Shown here: positions 44,104 to 56,400 of the stretch, one piece after another | Layout of the letters: each line of letters starts with the position of its first letter | How positions within the stretch are numbered: position 1 is the first letter of the stretch | NCBI GenBank assembly: GCA_964016885.1 | Contig: OZ024740.1 | Location: 289,168,001 to 289,232,000 of the forward strand | Source: Eledone cirrhosa | Lineage: Eukaryota | Direction: 5' to 3' | Length of the DNA stretch: 64,000 nucleotides | The notes under the pieces: model-generated | What the model was told of the DNA's origin: nothing | The model's input: only the letters and a program-made list of their open reading frames with translations | The model's database searches: none | Position numbers and translations under genes: made by a program

Positions 44104-45152
44104 CACACACACACATATAAAATTTCTTCTTCTGCCAATACAATAGCTTGGAGTTTCTCTTTGATGATACAACACTGGGTGGAAATATACTTCAAGCTTT
44201 CGTTAAACTAATTCATTAACCAAACAAACTAGCTAGTTGCACTAAATGATCAATAATGACGACTTATAGATTGTTTTTATTATGATTTATCAGTGAAAGT
44301 TATTTACATGGAGTCGCCATAATGAAGTTTACCGTCGTGTTTGTTATATAATTGTGTCAGTTTGCTGTAAAATACCGAAACATCATAACACTGATTAAGC
44401 GTGCGGGTGTTTGTTGTTGAGTTCAGTGAGTTTGAAATATAATACGAAGGTATGTGAACATATATTGTCAGCTGTAGGTTATAGAGCTGAATCAGTTTGA
44501 ACTAAAATGCTAAGCCAGCTAAATATTATTTACCAATGACAATCCTGGGAGTGAGGGTTAAAGAATTCAAATTACACATTGGTAATGTTTCTGTTAGGTG
44601 GAGAATTGGCAGACATGTTAGAACGTCGGATAGATGTTTTGCGGTATTGATTTCAGCTCTCAAATCCCGCGACGTCAACTTTGTCTTTCATCCTTTCGAG
44701 GTCGATAAAAAAGTACCAGTCTAATGCTGAGGTCAATTCTTCCTCTACATCTCTTTTTCACTTGCCTTCTCTCGCCTTCTATCTTTCTCTGTAAGAAATC
44801 TGCTGTGTTCAGATCTGTAGAAGTGATGGGCTCTGCCAGGCTTCAAACATACCATAGAAATGCCGTATGTCAATATGGCGCTCCTACGATTCCATCAGTC
44901 AGTAGTTACGGTACCATACATATAATATTTCTGTTATGGCTGGATCAGACAAAAGAGTAAAAGTCAGCTTAGCTTTTGACCTAGCGAAGCACATTGATTT
45001 TATAGTAGTGTCACTTTTTACACCAGAAAGCCATTTGTTGATTGACGCCTGCTTCCATGTAGGTTGGCTGGGTGGTTGAGAGCTAATTGTCTTGATCATG
45101 GATACAGCATAGTCAACTAAACCACGATGTGAAACATACTTTAAGCTAGATA

Positions 45153-45667
45153 TACAATGTAAGTTACGATACACTATTTGTTTATTTACAACAGGTCTCT
45201 ATAGTGATATGGTGTTAATTAGTATTGCGTGTGTGATTATTTTCTCTTATATATATATGTGTGGGTGTGTATATGTGTGTATATATATGTGTGTCTGTAT
45301 GTATATATATATATGTGTGTTTGTATATATATATGTGTTTGTGTCATCATCATCGGTTAGATGTTTTTGTAATATCTTGCCAAAGTTGGCACCAACTATA
45401 AACAAATTAAGGCCGGGTCATAAGAAGGACAGAGAATGATAAGGGATTTGGGTAAAAACATCTAAACGATGATGATGACACAAACACATATATATATACA
45501 AACACACATATATATCTACATGCAGACACACATATATATACACACATATACACACCCACACATATATATATAAGAGAAAATAATCACACACGCAATACTA
45601 ATTAACACCATATCACTATAGAGACCTGTTGTAAATAAACAAATAGTGTATCGTAACTTACATTGTA
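45153..45667. repeat. Near-perfect inverted repeat, ~215-bp arms, ~85-bp spacer
   Basis: 45153-45368 versus 45454-45667, only a few mismatches. Confidence 0.92.
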
Positions 45668-45741
45668 AGAAAAAAAACAAAAACACATTCACTTGTCAGA
45701 AAATTCACTTTCATTTTCGCGAACGTTATAATTAACCTATG

Positions 45742-45779
<38 letters not shown>

Positions 45780-45829
45780 TATATACACACACACATACAT
45801 ATATATACATACATGACTTACGCATGACT

Positions 45830-46140
45830 TACTGGCACTCCGTCGTTTACGACGACGAGTGTTCCAGTTGTTCGTACAATGGAACGGTGTTCTTGTGAAA
45901 TTAACATCCAAGCGGCTAAGCATTCCACGTGTGATCTTAATGTAATTCCTAGGGAGATCCAGTGTGATACGGTGTGTGACGAGGCTGGCCCTTTGAATTT
46001 ACAGGAACAACCTATTTTTGCCAGCTGAGTGGACAGGGGCAAATAAAATATCTTGCACAAGGATTCAACACACTGATGGGAATCGAACTCATCGGCTTAC
46101 GATTGTAAGTTGATCACGCTAATAATTGAGCCAGATACAT
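45830..46140 (-). mobile_element. tRNA-derived SINE
   Basis: Same family as 49171-49425(+), 13340-13620(-) and 27235-27380(-). Confidence 0.7.
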
Positions 46141-46539
46141 TCACATTGTATACTATCCCAATCTGGTATTACTTACGTACAACAAGGTAATGGGGATTGT
46201 TGAGAGTTAAGTATCTTAAAGTAAATGGCCATGAACACAAAACGTTGAGCCAGCTTTGCTGATCCTTCTGTAGGAAGACCCATTTACTCTTTTTAAGGTT
46301 ATCATTTATAATATATTTTATAACAAGTCAAAATATGCGCACTTGATATCTGTTCCAAGACTCAAGTTGATTTAGCATGGTTGTATTTTGATGGTATATT
46401 TTCACACATCTTGAGCAGAAATTGTACCGGAGACATAAAGACATTTTTAAGGTTCTCAGAGCGGCTTCTCTGCAGACAGATCTTGTGTAATTGCACATTA
46501 CCTGTTCTCGAGTACAAGACACAGGATAGATGGAAAGTT

Positions 46540-47094
46540 GAGTTAGTATGAATGAAGCATATCGCTTGCTTGCCATTGGCATACAACTGTATAATTTTTC
46601 TTTTATATTAAATAATGGTTTCTGATTTAGGCATAAGGCCAGCAATTTTGGGGGAGATGAACATCGATTAAATCGACCCCAGTGCGTTACTGGTACTTTA
46701 TTTTAACGACTCCGTAAGGATGAAAGGCAAAGCTAACCTCGTCGGGATTTAAACTCAGAACATAAAGGGGCGTAACTCTCTGCCACAAAGCAGGGTGTCC
46801 GATGCTATACCGATTACTGCCAATCCACCATCTTGAGTTAGTATGAATGAAGCATATTGCTTGCTTGGCATTAGCATGAAACTGTATAATTTTTCTTTTA
46901 TATTAAATAATTGTTTCTACTTTAGGCACAAGGCCAGCAATTACCCAGTGCATTACTGGTACTTTATTTTATCGACCCCGTAAGGATGAAAGGCAAAGTC
47001 GACCTCGGCGGGATTTGAACTCAGATCGTAAAGGGACGTAACTATGCTGGAAAGCATGGCGTCCGACCCTCCACCGATACTGCCAATCCACCGC
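46540..47094 (-). mobile_element. Two tandem SINE copies, each preceded by the same ~75-bp sequence
   Basis: gagttagtatgaatgaagcatat...tatattaaataat at ~46539 and ~46835, each followed by a minus-strand SINE of the 8528 family. Confidence 0.75.
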
Positions 47095-47831
47095 CCTCTT
47101 TTATAGTAAATAATGAGGTAAAATAGCACAACGGCTTGATTTTGCTCATTTTACATGCACAAGGCTCAAACAGTATACATACGGGAGTGAACATATAAAG
47201 CCTTTTCATTTTAGAGAAGAGTCCTTAACTGAAGCCCCTTGTACGATCCATTCATCTCAGTAGTTCTACTATAGCCCTGGTTTATTTTGTTTTCTATCTG
47301 CAATCAATTTACAGTAGTAGACTCAGTTGTGTTGTTTACATGCCACTATGTCGTTAGCTAATCTACAGCAATTTCAATTTTGTTCTTGAAAATACACTCT
47401 TGGCAGGTGCAATGTGTCCGAACACGGAAGAGCCGAACTCCCACCGTCATCGTCCCCATCTCTCTCGCCCTACCTATCTCTCTGTATACTAAGTAAATGG
47501 GGTCCCACGTGCTGGCCGCCCCACAGCCCCGGCGGACAGAATGGAGAAGGCGTTTACCCGGAGGATGGTAGTAGACTATATATTATACACTTCAAGGAGA
47601 CGTTCTTGGGTTTCGTTATCAAATATATAACGTATGATCATACAAGTGTATTATTTAGAATGAGAAAACATCTGTAGATTCATTCATAAAAAATGAATGT
47701 ATTGTTACTTTCTCGATTTCATTTAATATTGATTTCCTTACTACAAAGTAGTCAAACATTTATTTGATTACATCATTCTGAGAGCATTGGCATATGTTTC
47801 TTTTATAAGAAACGCTGTGCAACATCGATAT

Positions 47832-48012
47832 CAGCGTTTCTCAACCTTTTAATTCTTGTGGAACTCTTGAAATAGTTTTCATGTCTCAGAGAACTCCTGC
47901 ATAAAAACATACTATATACAATTATTACTTAAAAATGTATTAGCTTATTTATCACTGTTTCTCGTGGAACCCCTAGAGACCTTTTGCGGGGAACACCTGT
48001 TGAAAAACGCTG
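47832..48012. mobile_element. hAT/Charlie-type MITE
   Basis: TIRs CAGCGTTTCTCAAC / GTTGAAAAACGCTG; right flank atctagat matches the Charlie NTCTAGAN target preference. Confidence 0.75.
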
Positions 48013-48397
48013 ATCTAGATGATTCTAGATGACAATTTCAAGGAAGTTTCTTGTATTTAAACTTGCTTGATATTCTCATAGTCGATTCAACGGGGAGAAA
48101 AAAGCAGAAAAAACAAAAATAACAAGCATAATAGAACAGGTTTTCTTGTAAACAAACATGGACATCAGTCAATTTCAGGACATTGTTACAAATATTTAAC
48201 CGATTTTTTCCGCACTTTCCTAAATCTTCATACATTTGCAATACACCTTTGACATTACAGCCTTGATTTTGTTATATTTGTCTGATGCACAACTTGTTTT
48301 CAACGGATTAAATACATTCTGAAGTATTGATAATGCCGGAAAAGCTTTATTTCCTTTATTGGCAGAATTATAACGTTTCCTCTATTGACAGGATGAT

Positions 48398-49061
48398 AGT
48401 ATGTATGTATGTATGTATGTATGTATGTATGTATGTATGTATGTATGTATGTATGTATGTATGTATGTATGTATGTATGTATGTATGTACGTACGTACGT
48501 ACGTACGTACGTACGTATGTATGTATGTATGTATGTATGTATGTATGTATGTATGTATGTATGTATGTACGTACGTACGTACGTACGTACGTACGTACGT
48601 ACGTATGTATGTATGTATGTATGTATGTATGTATGTATGTATGTATGTATGTATCTATGTATGTATGTATGTACGTACGTACGTACGTACGTATGTATGT
48701 ATGTATGTATGTATGTATGTATGTATGTATGTATGTATGTATGTATGTACGTATGTATGTGTGTATGTACGTATGTACGTATGTATGTATGTATGTATGT
48801 ATGTATGTGTGCATGTATGTATGTATGTATGTGTGCATGTATGTATGTATGTATGTATGTATGTATGTACGTACGTATGTATGTATGTATGTATGTATGT
48901 ATGTATGTATGTATGTATGTACGTATGTATGTATGTATGTATGTATGTATGTATGTATGTGTGCATGTATGTATGTATGTATGTATGTATGTATGTATGT
49001 ATGTATGTATGTATGTATGCATGTGTGTGTGTATCTACATACACACACATACACACACACT

Positions 49062-49097
<36 letters not shown>

Positions 49098-49098
49098 A
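48398..49098. repeat. Compound microsatellite (TATG)n/(TACG)n followed by (CA)n/(TA)n
   Basis: Direct observation, about 700 bp. Confidence 0.95.
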
Positions 49099-49170
49099 AC
49101 ATAAATAAATACATAAATACATACATGCACACATACACAAACACACACATATATGTATTATGTATGTACT

Positions 49171-49420
49171 TGAAAGCGCGTGGCTTCCTGTTTAGGGTAC
49201 TTGGCTCACAATCGTAAGGTTGTGGGTTCGATTCCCGGCGGCGCGTTGTCTCCTTGAGCAAGACCCTTTATTTCACGTTGCTCCAGTTCACTCAGCTGGC
49301 AAAAATGATTTGTACCTGTAACTGGAAGGGCCAGCTTTGTCACATTCTGTGTCACACTGAATCTCCCTGAGAACCACGTTAAAGGTACGTGTGTCTGTGG
49401 AATGCTTAGCCACTTGCACG

Positions 49421-49425
<5 letters not shown>
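49171..49425 (+). mobile_element. tRNA-derived SINE
   Basis: B-box GGTTCGATTCC, then ccttgagcaagaccctttatttcac core, ending in (TA)n. Confidence 0.8.
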
Positions 49426-49458
<33 letters not shown>

Positions 49459-49459
49459 C

Positions 49460-50895
49460 ATGGCTTGGTTTCGCGAACGAAGATTATGAGGAGGGTGGTC
49501 CACATTGACTGCTGGCACGCTCGTGGCTGTTCAGGCCAAAATGCGATAGGCAGACACGGCCACAGCTGAAGGTTTGGTCAGGGTTTGATGACTTGGTGTT
49601 GTGGTTCTTCCTGTCGTGATTTTTATCCTCGAGGGTTACCCTGCCGGTGTTTTCAAATGAGGAGACAGCATGGTTGATGGTGAGACACCAGGCGTCACGG
49701 TTCTCAGTAATGGTCAATGTGACAGGCACCAAGGAAATTTTTCAAGCCCGTCCTAGTATCAATTCCTTAGTGCCCCGCTGTCACGATGGCCCGTGCAGGC
49801 GTTGATCATTCATCCTGGAGGTGTAGCTTGTCCAGCGTAGTTGGGACTTCAGCAGCATTGCTTCGATGTTGGTGACGTCTGCCCGTTCAAGTATCACAGC
49901 ATTGGTGACAAAGTCTCTCTGGTGCGGAAGCAACGCTGGTGGAAAAGCCCGAGGAGTTGAAGGTGGTGGTGATAAATGACTCACAACTCAGATCCATATA
50001 TGAAAATGGTGAGGACTATGGCTCTGTACACTCTGATCTTGTTGTTTATTGTTGCACACGCGTTTGTACAGTCTGTCGAATGCACTGCTCACCTTTACTA
50101 GGCTGTAATTGGTTTCCCTGTTGATCTTGGCATCTGATCTGATGGTGCACCCAAGGTAGGTAAACTGCCGGACTGTTTTCAGTCCAGGCTCACCAATAGT
50201 GATACGGCGGGGTAGGGTGTAGTCTTCCTGAGGTGCAGGCCTGTGGACTACCTCCATCTTCTTTAAGCTGATTTGCACCCAAAGAGCTGGGCAGCTTCTC
50301 GAAGCAGGAAGTGATGCGCAGCGAGAGTCTTTCTGTTTGGGCATCATTGACAAGAGCATCATTGACAAAGAGGAGGTCTTGGATCAGTTGCTTCAAGGTC
50401 TTCGTGTGAGCCTGGTGGCAATAAAGATTAAACAGGCTGCCATCAAGACGGTATCTGATGTAGACTTCGTCCTCATCATGAAGATCTGTGGCCTGCTTAA
50501 GCATCATTCTAAAGAAGATGGTGAAGAGAGTCGGTGCCACGACGCAACCCTACTTAACTCCGTTTATGATCGTGTATGAGAGGTCACTGCTGAATTTGAT
50601 TTGGCTACGCTGGTTTTGTGTAGCTGGTTGACTATGTTCAGGAATTTTGGGGAACAACCGAGTCGTTCCAAGATTTGCACATTCCTTTTCTGCTCACTGT
50701 ATAGAATGTTTTAGTTAAGTCAATGAAGGCCACATACAGCCCTTTATTTTTCTCCCGACACTTCTCTTGGAGTTGCCTAAGAACAAATACCATGTCTGTA
50801 GTGTTCTGTTTACTCTGAAGCTATACTTGCTCTCTGGGAGGTGTTCTTCTGCGATGGTAGGTACCAGCCTATCAGTAATAACTTCCTCAGCAGTC
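49460..50895 (-). mobile_element. RTE-BovB-like LINE, 5'-truncated and decayed RT
   Basis: APTLFTIFF, VYIRYRLDGSLFNL, IQDLLF.ND.A, FTYLGCTI, IEAMLLKSQLRW across frameshifted ORFs. Confidence 0.88.
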
Positions 50896-51589
50896 TTTCG
50901 TTTTTGGGGTGGGGAGATAACATTTTAATAATGGTAATATGAAGGAAACTATAATGTTCATTTCTGAATACTCCTGCTTATTTGGGGACACAATTATATA
51001 GTCATTATGAATGAAAAGTGACTGTAATTCCCAGTGATGAAATTTTGTTTAAGGCGCTGAAAAATATATTACATTGGATGTAAAACTGCGAGTGTTGAGG
51101 TGATTGGGATCAAACAAACATCAAGTTTTTAAATTCGACTATATCTAAGATTAGAGAAACACAGACACTGGGGCAGTCAAGAAATTTCTCCAGGTTCTCA
51201 GAACTATCATCGAATGTGAGTAACTACCCTTCTCAACATGTAATCAAGGTAGATGAATGCAATCCCACACTTTCAAGTCCAGAGAAAAAGAAAGAAAAGA
51301 AATTTATTTGGTTTCAAGTTCGTGATAGATCGTTTACACTACGACAAGTGAGAGAAATATAAATACATCTGCCTGGGATTGGGAAGTCAAACAAGAAGGG
51401 CTGGGTGACAAAAAGGTTTAGAGAGTGAAGTTTCTTCATACTCTTGACAAATAGTGAGGAAGTATTGCTTTCTAATTCAGTTACAAGACCAGCAAATTCA
51501 GTGGAAGGATTAAGTTGATTAAATCAACTCCAGTACTTGTCTGGTATAGTAATCTATCGACTCCAGAATGACGAAAGGCAAAATTATAA

Positions 51590-51772
51590 AAATAACAGAT
51601 TAAAGTATAAGCAAAGAATCGCTGCTTTCACCCTTAACGGGATCTTCTGAAGATCTCGAAACTTTAATCTGTTATTTTAATAAATATTTGCTCTAGGGTT
51701 CTTATATATTTGATATATATTTATCCTTATCGAGCCCTCTTTGGATTTTAGTCTTCACATTTATTATTATTA

Positions 51773-51775
<3 letters not shown>
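51590..51775. mobile_element. PLE terminal-repeat fragments (inverted + direct)
   Basis: 51659-51775 matches 52695-52808; 51590-51650(-) matches 3033-3097(+); a further inverted copy lies at 54490-54567. Confidence 0.7.
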
Positions 51776-51846
<71 letters not shown>

Positions 51847-52195
51847 GAAAGTAAGTTTATTTTAAAAATATCCCACACAGATGAAAATATGGGAAAAATA
51901 AGTTGAAAATGCAATTGGAGACTTTAAGAAAGTTTATTTACAATAACTTATAACTTTACCAGTATCACTTGTAGTTGGTAAAGCAATACATTTCTCCACC
52001 TCTCTTAACTTTTGAAAATCATGAAACTTGCGAATCCGGTAAAATTACAAGTTATTGTAAATAAAAACTCCTGAAGACTCCAACTGAATTTTCAACTTCT
52101 TTTTCCTATGTATGTATGTATATATGTATGTATATATGTATGTATGAAACATTTGTCGTACTGCCTCTCTGTTCTGTCCCTGTTCAATTTTTTAT

Positions 52196-52270
<75 letters not shown>

Positions 52271-52292
52271 TATATAAATATATATATATACA

Positions 52293-52679
52293 TGTGCCAG
52301 CTTAGGAGTCGTAGAGTAAGAAATTTTAATGGTATTTCTATTAAGAATTTTACTATATTTATGTGCTGGGGGGAAATGCTTCATAATAAGGGAGAGAAAG
52401 ATCTTAGCTAATGGTGTGGCCACCTCCATATTATATGGTGGGTTATACCATATAATGCGCCACGATCTATTTTTCCTAGGTTTATTCCCATACTCTGTAT
52501 ATGCTACCTTATCGACAAATCCACTCCGAGCAAGAGCTTCATTGTAATACGTGGAATGGTCGGTGAAATAGGGTCCAGAGGTTCAGTCCCATTCAGGATT
52601 TGAGATCAGAGGTGATTTTAAACCCAGCATCGTTGATGTCATTAATAACGCTCCGATTAATTTTACGGTAATCCTTAGT
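52293..52679 (-). mobile_element. Inverted, internally deleted second copy of the same PLE
   Basis: 52561-52679 is the reverse complement of ~53260-53378; 52293-52560 is the reverse complement of ~54197-54412 plus a further [17 protein letters not shown]. Confidence 0.85.
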
Positions 52680-52851
52680 CGATTCTTTGCTTAAACTTTA
52701 ATCTGTTATTTTAATAAATATTTGCTCTACGGTTCTTATATATTTGATATATATTTATCCTTATCGAGCCCTCTTTGGATTTTAGTCTTCAAATTTATTA
52801 TTATTACTATTTGGTTCCCTCGGTTGAACACTCTATTGACTTATATTCATC

Positions 52852-54413
52852 ATGCAGAAACAACATCTGAATATTTCTACAAAGAACATATCCGTACCAA
52901 GCAGGAAAACATACCTAAAACTCCTGATACAGAAAACAGACGCGTTCATTTAAAGGTTGCGTTGGCGTGCCTTTTATTTCGATAATCAGCGGAAAGCGGA
53001 CAATAAACAGGATAAATTTGGGTTTAAAACCTACAATAACCCCCCGCGTAGCCCAGCATTGCTGCCCTTCAAAAATGATGTCTTGGAACTCATACGGAGT
53101 ATCAAATTTCGGAATAGGAGCAATTCCTTCCAGCAGGACCTGAAGAATAGAATTCGTTCTATTAAGGATTCTAATGCCGTGCACGTCCACTCCGACAAAA
53201 CTGGTAATCTATATCAAGTGGAGCGCAGTACTTACCATTAACTGCTACATAATGCTGTAACTAAGGATTACCGTAAAACTAATCGGAGCGTCATTAATGA
53301 CATTTACGATGCTGGGTTTAAAATCACCTCTGATCTCAACATCCTGGACCGGCCTGAACCTCTGGACCCTATTTCTCCCAACTTTACCCTGAAGGATCAC
53401 AAATCCAATTTCCCGAACAACCCCTCTATTCGGCTTATTAACCCTACGAAGTCCGATTTAGGTAGACTTAGTAAAAGGATTTTAGATAGAATTATACCTG
53501 AAATTAGAAGCTTGGCCCCTCTTGCACTGTGGAACAATTCTTTCGTGGTGATTGATTGGTTCAACGGCATATGCAACAAGGAACACTGCCGTTTTATCCA
53601 ATTCGACATTAATAATTACTACTCCTCCATCACTTTACCGCTTCTTAGAGCTATCAATTTCGCTAAAACACTCACAGTGGTTAAGGATTTCGAAATTGAT
53701 GTCATCCCCAATGCCCGTAAGTCGGTGATTAATTTCGACGACTCTATTTGGATAAAAAAATCTAATAGTTCTCCATTCGACGTGAGTATGGGCGCCAGCG
53801 ATTTTGCGGAGGTTAGTGATCTTATCGGCCTTTTCTTTCTTTTTTCTATCAAGGAAGAATTCCCCAACGTGGGCGGTGGTTTGTACGGTGATGACGGTCT
53901 TTTGACCATGACAAAGTGCGGCCCACGTGCTTGCGACAGGTTCAGAAAAGAACTCACAGCCTTCTTTAAAGGCTTCAACCTCTCCATACAGGTTGAGGCC
54001 AACCTCACGGTCGTTAATTACCTCGACGTTACCCTCAATTTGTCGAATGGCTTGCACTACCCGTGTAGAAAGCCGAATGATACTCTTAATTACATAAGTA
54101 AGCATTCTAACCATCCTGCCAGCATAACCAAGCACCTGGTAAGAAACGTTTCTTTGAAGATTTCCCATCTATCTACAAACGAGCATATTTTCAACGACCA
54201 TTCCACATATTACAATGAAGCTCTTGCTCGGAGTGGATTTGTCGATAAGGTAGCATATACAGAGTATGAGAATAGACCTAGGAAAAATAGATCCCGACGC
54301 ATTATATGGTATAACCCACCATATAATATGGAGGTGGCCACACCATTAGCTAAAATCTTTCTCTCCCTTATTATGAAGCATTTCCCCCCAGCACATAAAT
54401 ATAGTAAAATTTT

Positions 54414-54416
<3 letters not shown>
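52852..54416 (+). pseudogene. Penelope-like element reverse transcriptase (Naiad-like), two in-frame TAA stops, 3'-truncated at (CA)n
   Basis: Single frame from ATG 52852: STKNISVPS..YLKLLIQK, RLRWRAFYF, SDKTGNLY, TLKDHKSNF.NNPSIRLINPTKS, QFDINNYYSSI, FDVSMGA, GLYGDDGL, NYLDVTLNL, IIWYNPPY; no GIY-YIG domain left. Confidence 0.88.
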
Positions 54417-54491
<75 letters not shown>

Positions 54492-54568
54492 GTAATAATA
54501 ATAAAATTGAAGACTAAAATCCAAAGAGGGCTCGATAAGGAAAATATATATATAAGAACCGCAGAGCC

Positions 54569-54618
54569 GTCGGGGTCATACTTTTTCCTATATATATAGG
54601 AAAAAGTATGACCCCGAC
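54569..54618. repeat. Perfect 50-bp palindrome
   Basis: gtcggggtcatactttttcctatat|atataggaaaaagtatgaccccgac. Confidence 0.95.
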
Positions 54619-55339
54619 ATATATATATTTATATATATATACATGCATATAATGCATGTATGTATATGTGTGTGTGGGTACGTGTGTGTATGTGTACGTG
54701 TGTGTGTGTCTTCGTGTGATGTATGTGGGGTTTTGTCAAATGTCAGCAAAATACTTGTGTAGAATTATAAGCCTCAATTCTCTTTATTCGTTGAATAAAA
54801 AATCTGGAGAATAAGACTTATCAAAGTAGAACAAAATTATTTGCTGATTATTTGAACCCGCACAAAAAAAAAATGCATACGTAGATCGAAGCTTATTGCC
54901 ACCACTTCAGTATCAGTGCCATCAACAGATACTCCAGGTGGAACAATATGAAACTAAATGAGAATATATTGGAATAACTCCAGTTTGGTATGAGGGATAA
55001 AATAAGAAAATCTCATTTCCTTTCTTCTCTCTTGTAAATAAATCCTACAGGGAAAGTCATTGTTGATAAGCAATATAAATTGAACGGCCAGATTTCAAAC
55101 AAAGAAAAATGAACTACTGGTTACTCTTAACGTTCCGTTAAAAAATGTGATATGATTCTTTTGTATTCTGTTTTTGTCTGAATACATTTAGGGTATTGCC
55201 TGACTGCAATGACTTTATCTGAATACATCTAGGATGTCCATTATGGATATTCCATATCGAAAGAAAGAGATGATAATGGAAAAAAAATCGAAGTTTTTCA
55301 GAGAAAGATCTTGAAAATCAAAGGTATGGTTTATTTGTA

Positions 55340-56400
55340 ATATTCTGGTCATCTGGTTCCCCCAACCTCACAACAACAGGCCACTATGCTCTTTCATCTT
55401 TCTCTGACTCTGGTAAAATTTGGTGCTGGAAACCAGTGTGTGTCACACCTGCGCAGGTCATTTTTACGGTGGATTTCCAGGTCTTCATTGACCTATCCTT
55501 TTGTCTTTTCCCGCCAGCTGGCAACCATCACATTGTAGTTCATGTTGGTATATTGTTCCCCATTCGTAGGACATGTCCTACCAGCTGCATTCTTCTGCTC
55601 TTGATAATAATATTCAGGCATGTGGTATTGGCTCTTCAAGTGATTTTGTCTTGCCATCTTATGTCCAGGAACCTTTGGAGGCATCTTTGCTGGAAAGTAT
55701 CAAGTTGTTTTTCCCTTCTGGTGGTACTCATTCATGTGCCAGCAGCATAGGTTGTTGTTCAGATAACAATTGACCAGAATAACCTCAATATTGTTTGTGA
55801 TGTGAGCTTCTTTGATTGTTATATTGATTGGAGTTTCTTGAATATTCCAGCACCTTTGGCTATCTTTATTTTATGTCAGCTTCAGTATTGCCATCTGCTG
55901 TCTGAACACTACCAAGATATGTGAAGTGTTGAAACTCTTCTATCTTTTCCCATTGACTAAAACTTTATATGCTTCTCTGCAGGCAACTTTCTGTACTTTT
56001 ATTTTTTATATATTTATTCTCAAGCCAACCTTTTCAGCTGTTTCAACCAGGACAATTGTCATTGTCTGTATTTCTGTGCAACTGATGGGGAGAAGAGCTA
56101 AGTCATCAGTGTAGTCTAAATCCGCCATTTTTACTGTTCCGCATTTTAAGCCATGTTCACAGGTATCCTATCACTTTCTCAGGGTGTAATCCAAGATTAT
56201 CAAGAAAAAGAATGGGGATTAGGATGCATCCTTGTTTCACTCACGATAAGATTGAAAAATCTCAGTAAATTCTGATTCTGTTTTTACACAACAGCTTGAG
56301 TCTTGATAAAGTGACTTTAAAATGTTGCTATAACGACACCATAGATCTAGAGGATCTTCCAGAGTTACTGGCAGTGTACACTATCAAAGGCTTTATATTA
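55340..56400 (-). mobile_element. Decayed RTE-like LINE RT fragment
   Basis: Minus-strand translation gives V.QGCILIPFFFLIILD, ADLDYTDDLALL and YLGSV remnants. Confidence 0.7.

Noticed and set aside
48300-49217. Long ORFs of [16 protein letters not shown] repeats here and at 1.2, 1.9, 4.5, 33, 35, 36.6, 44, 59 and 63 kb
   Set aside because: Stop-free translations of (TACA)n, (TA)n and (CA)n microsatellites, not genes
52951-53241. In-frame stops in the PLE RT as selenocysteine recoding
   Set aside because: Both stops are TAA, not TGA
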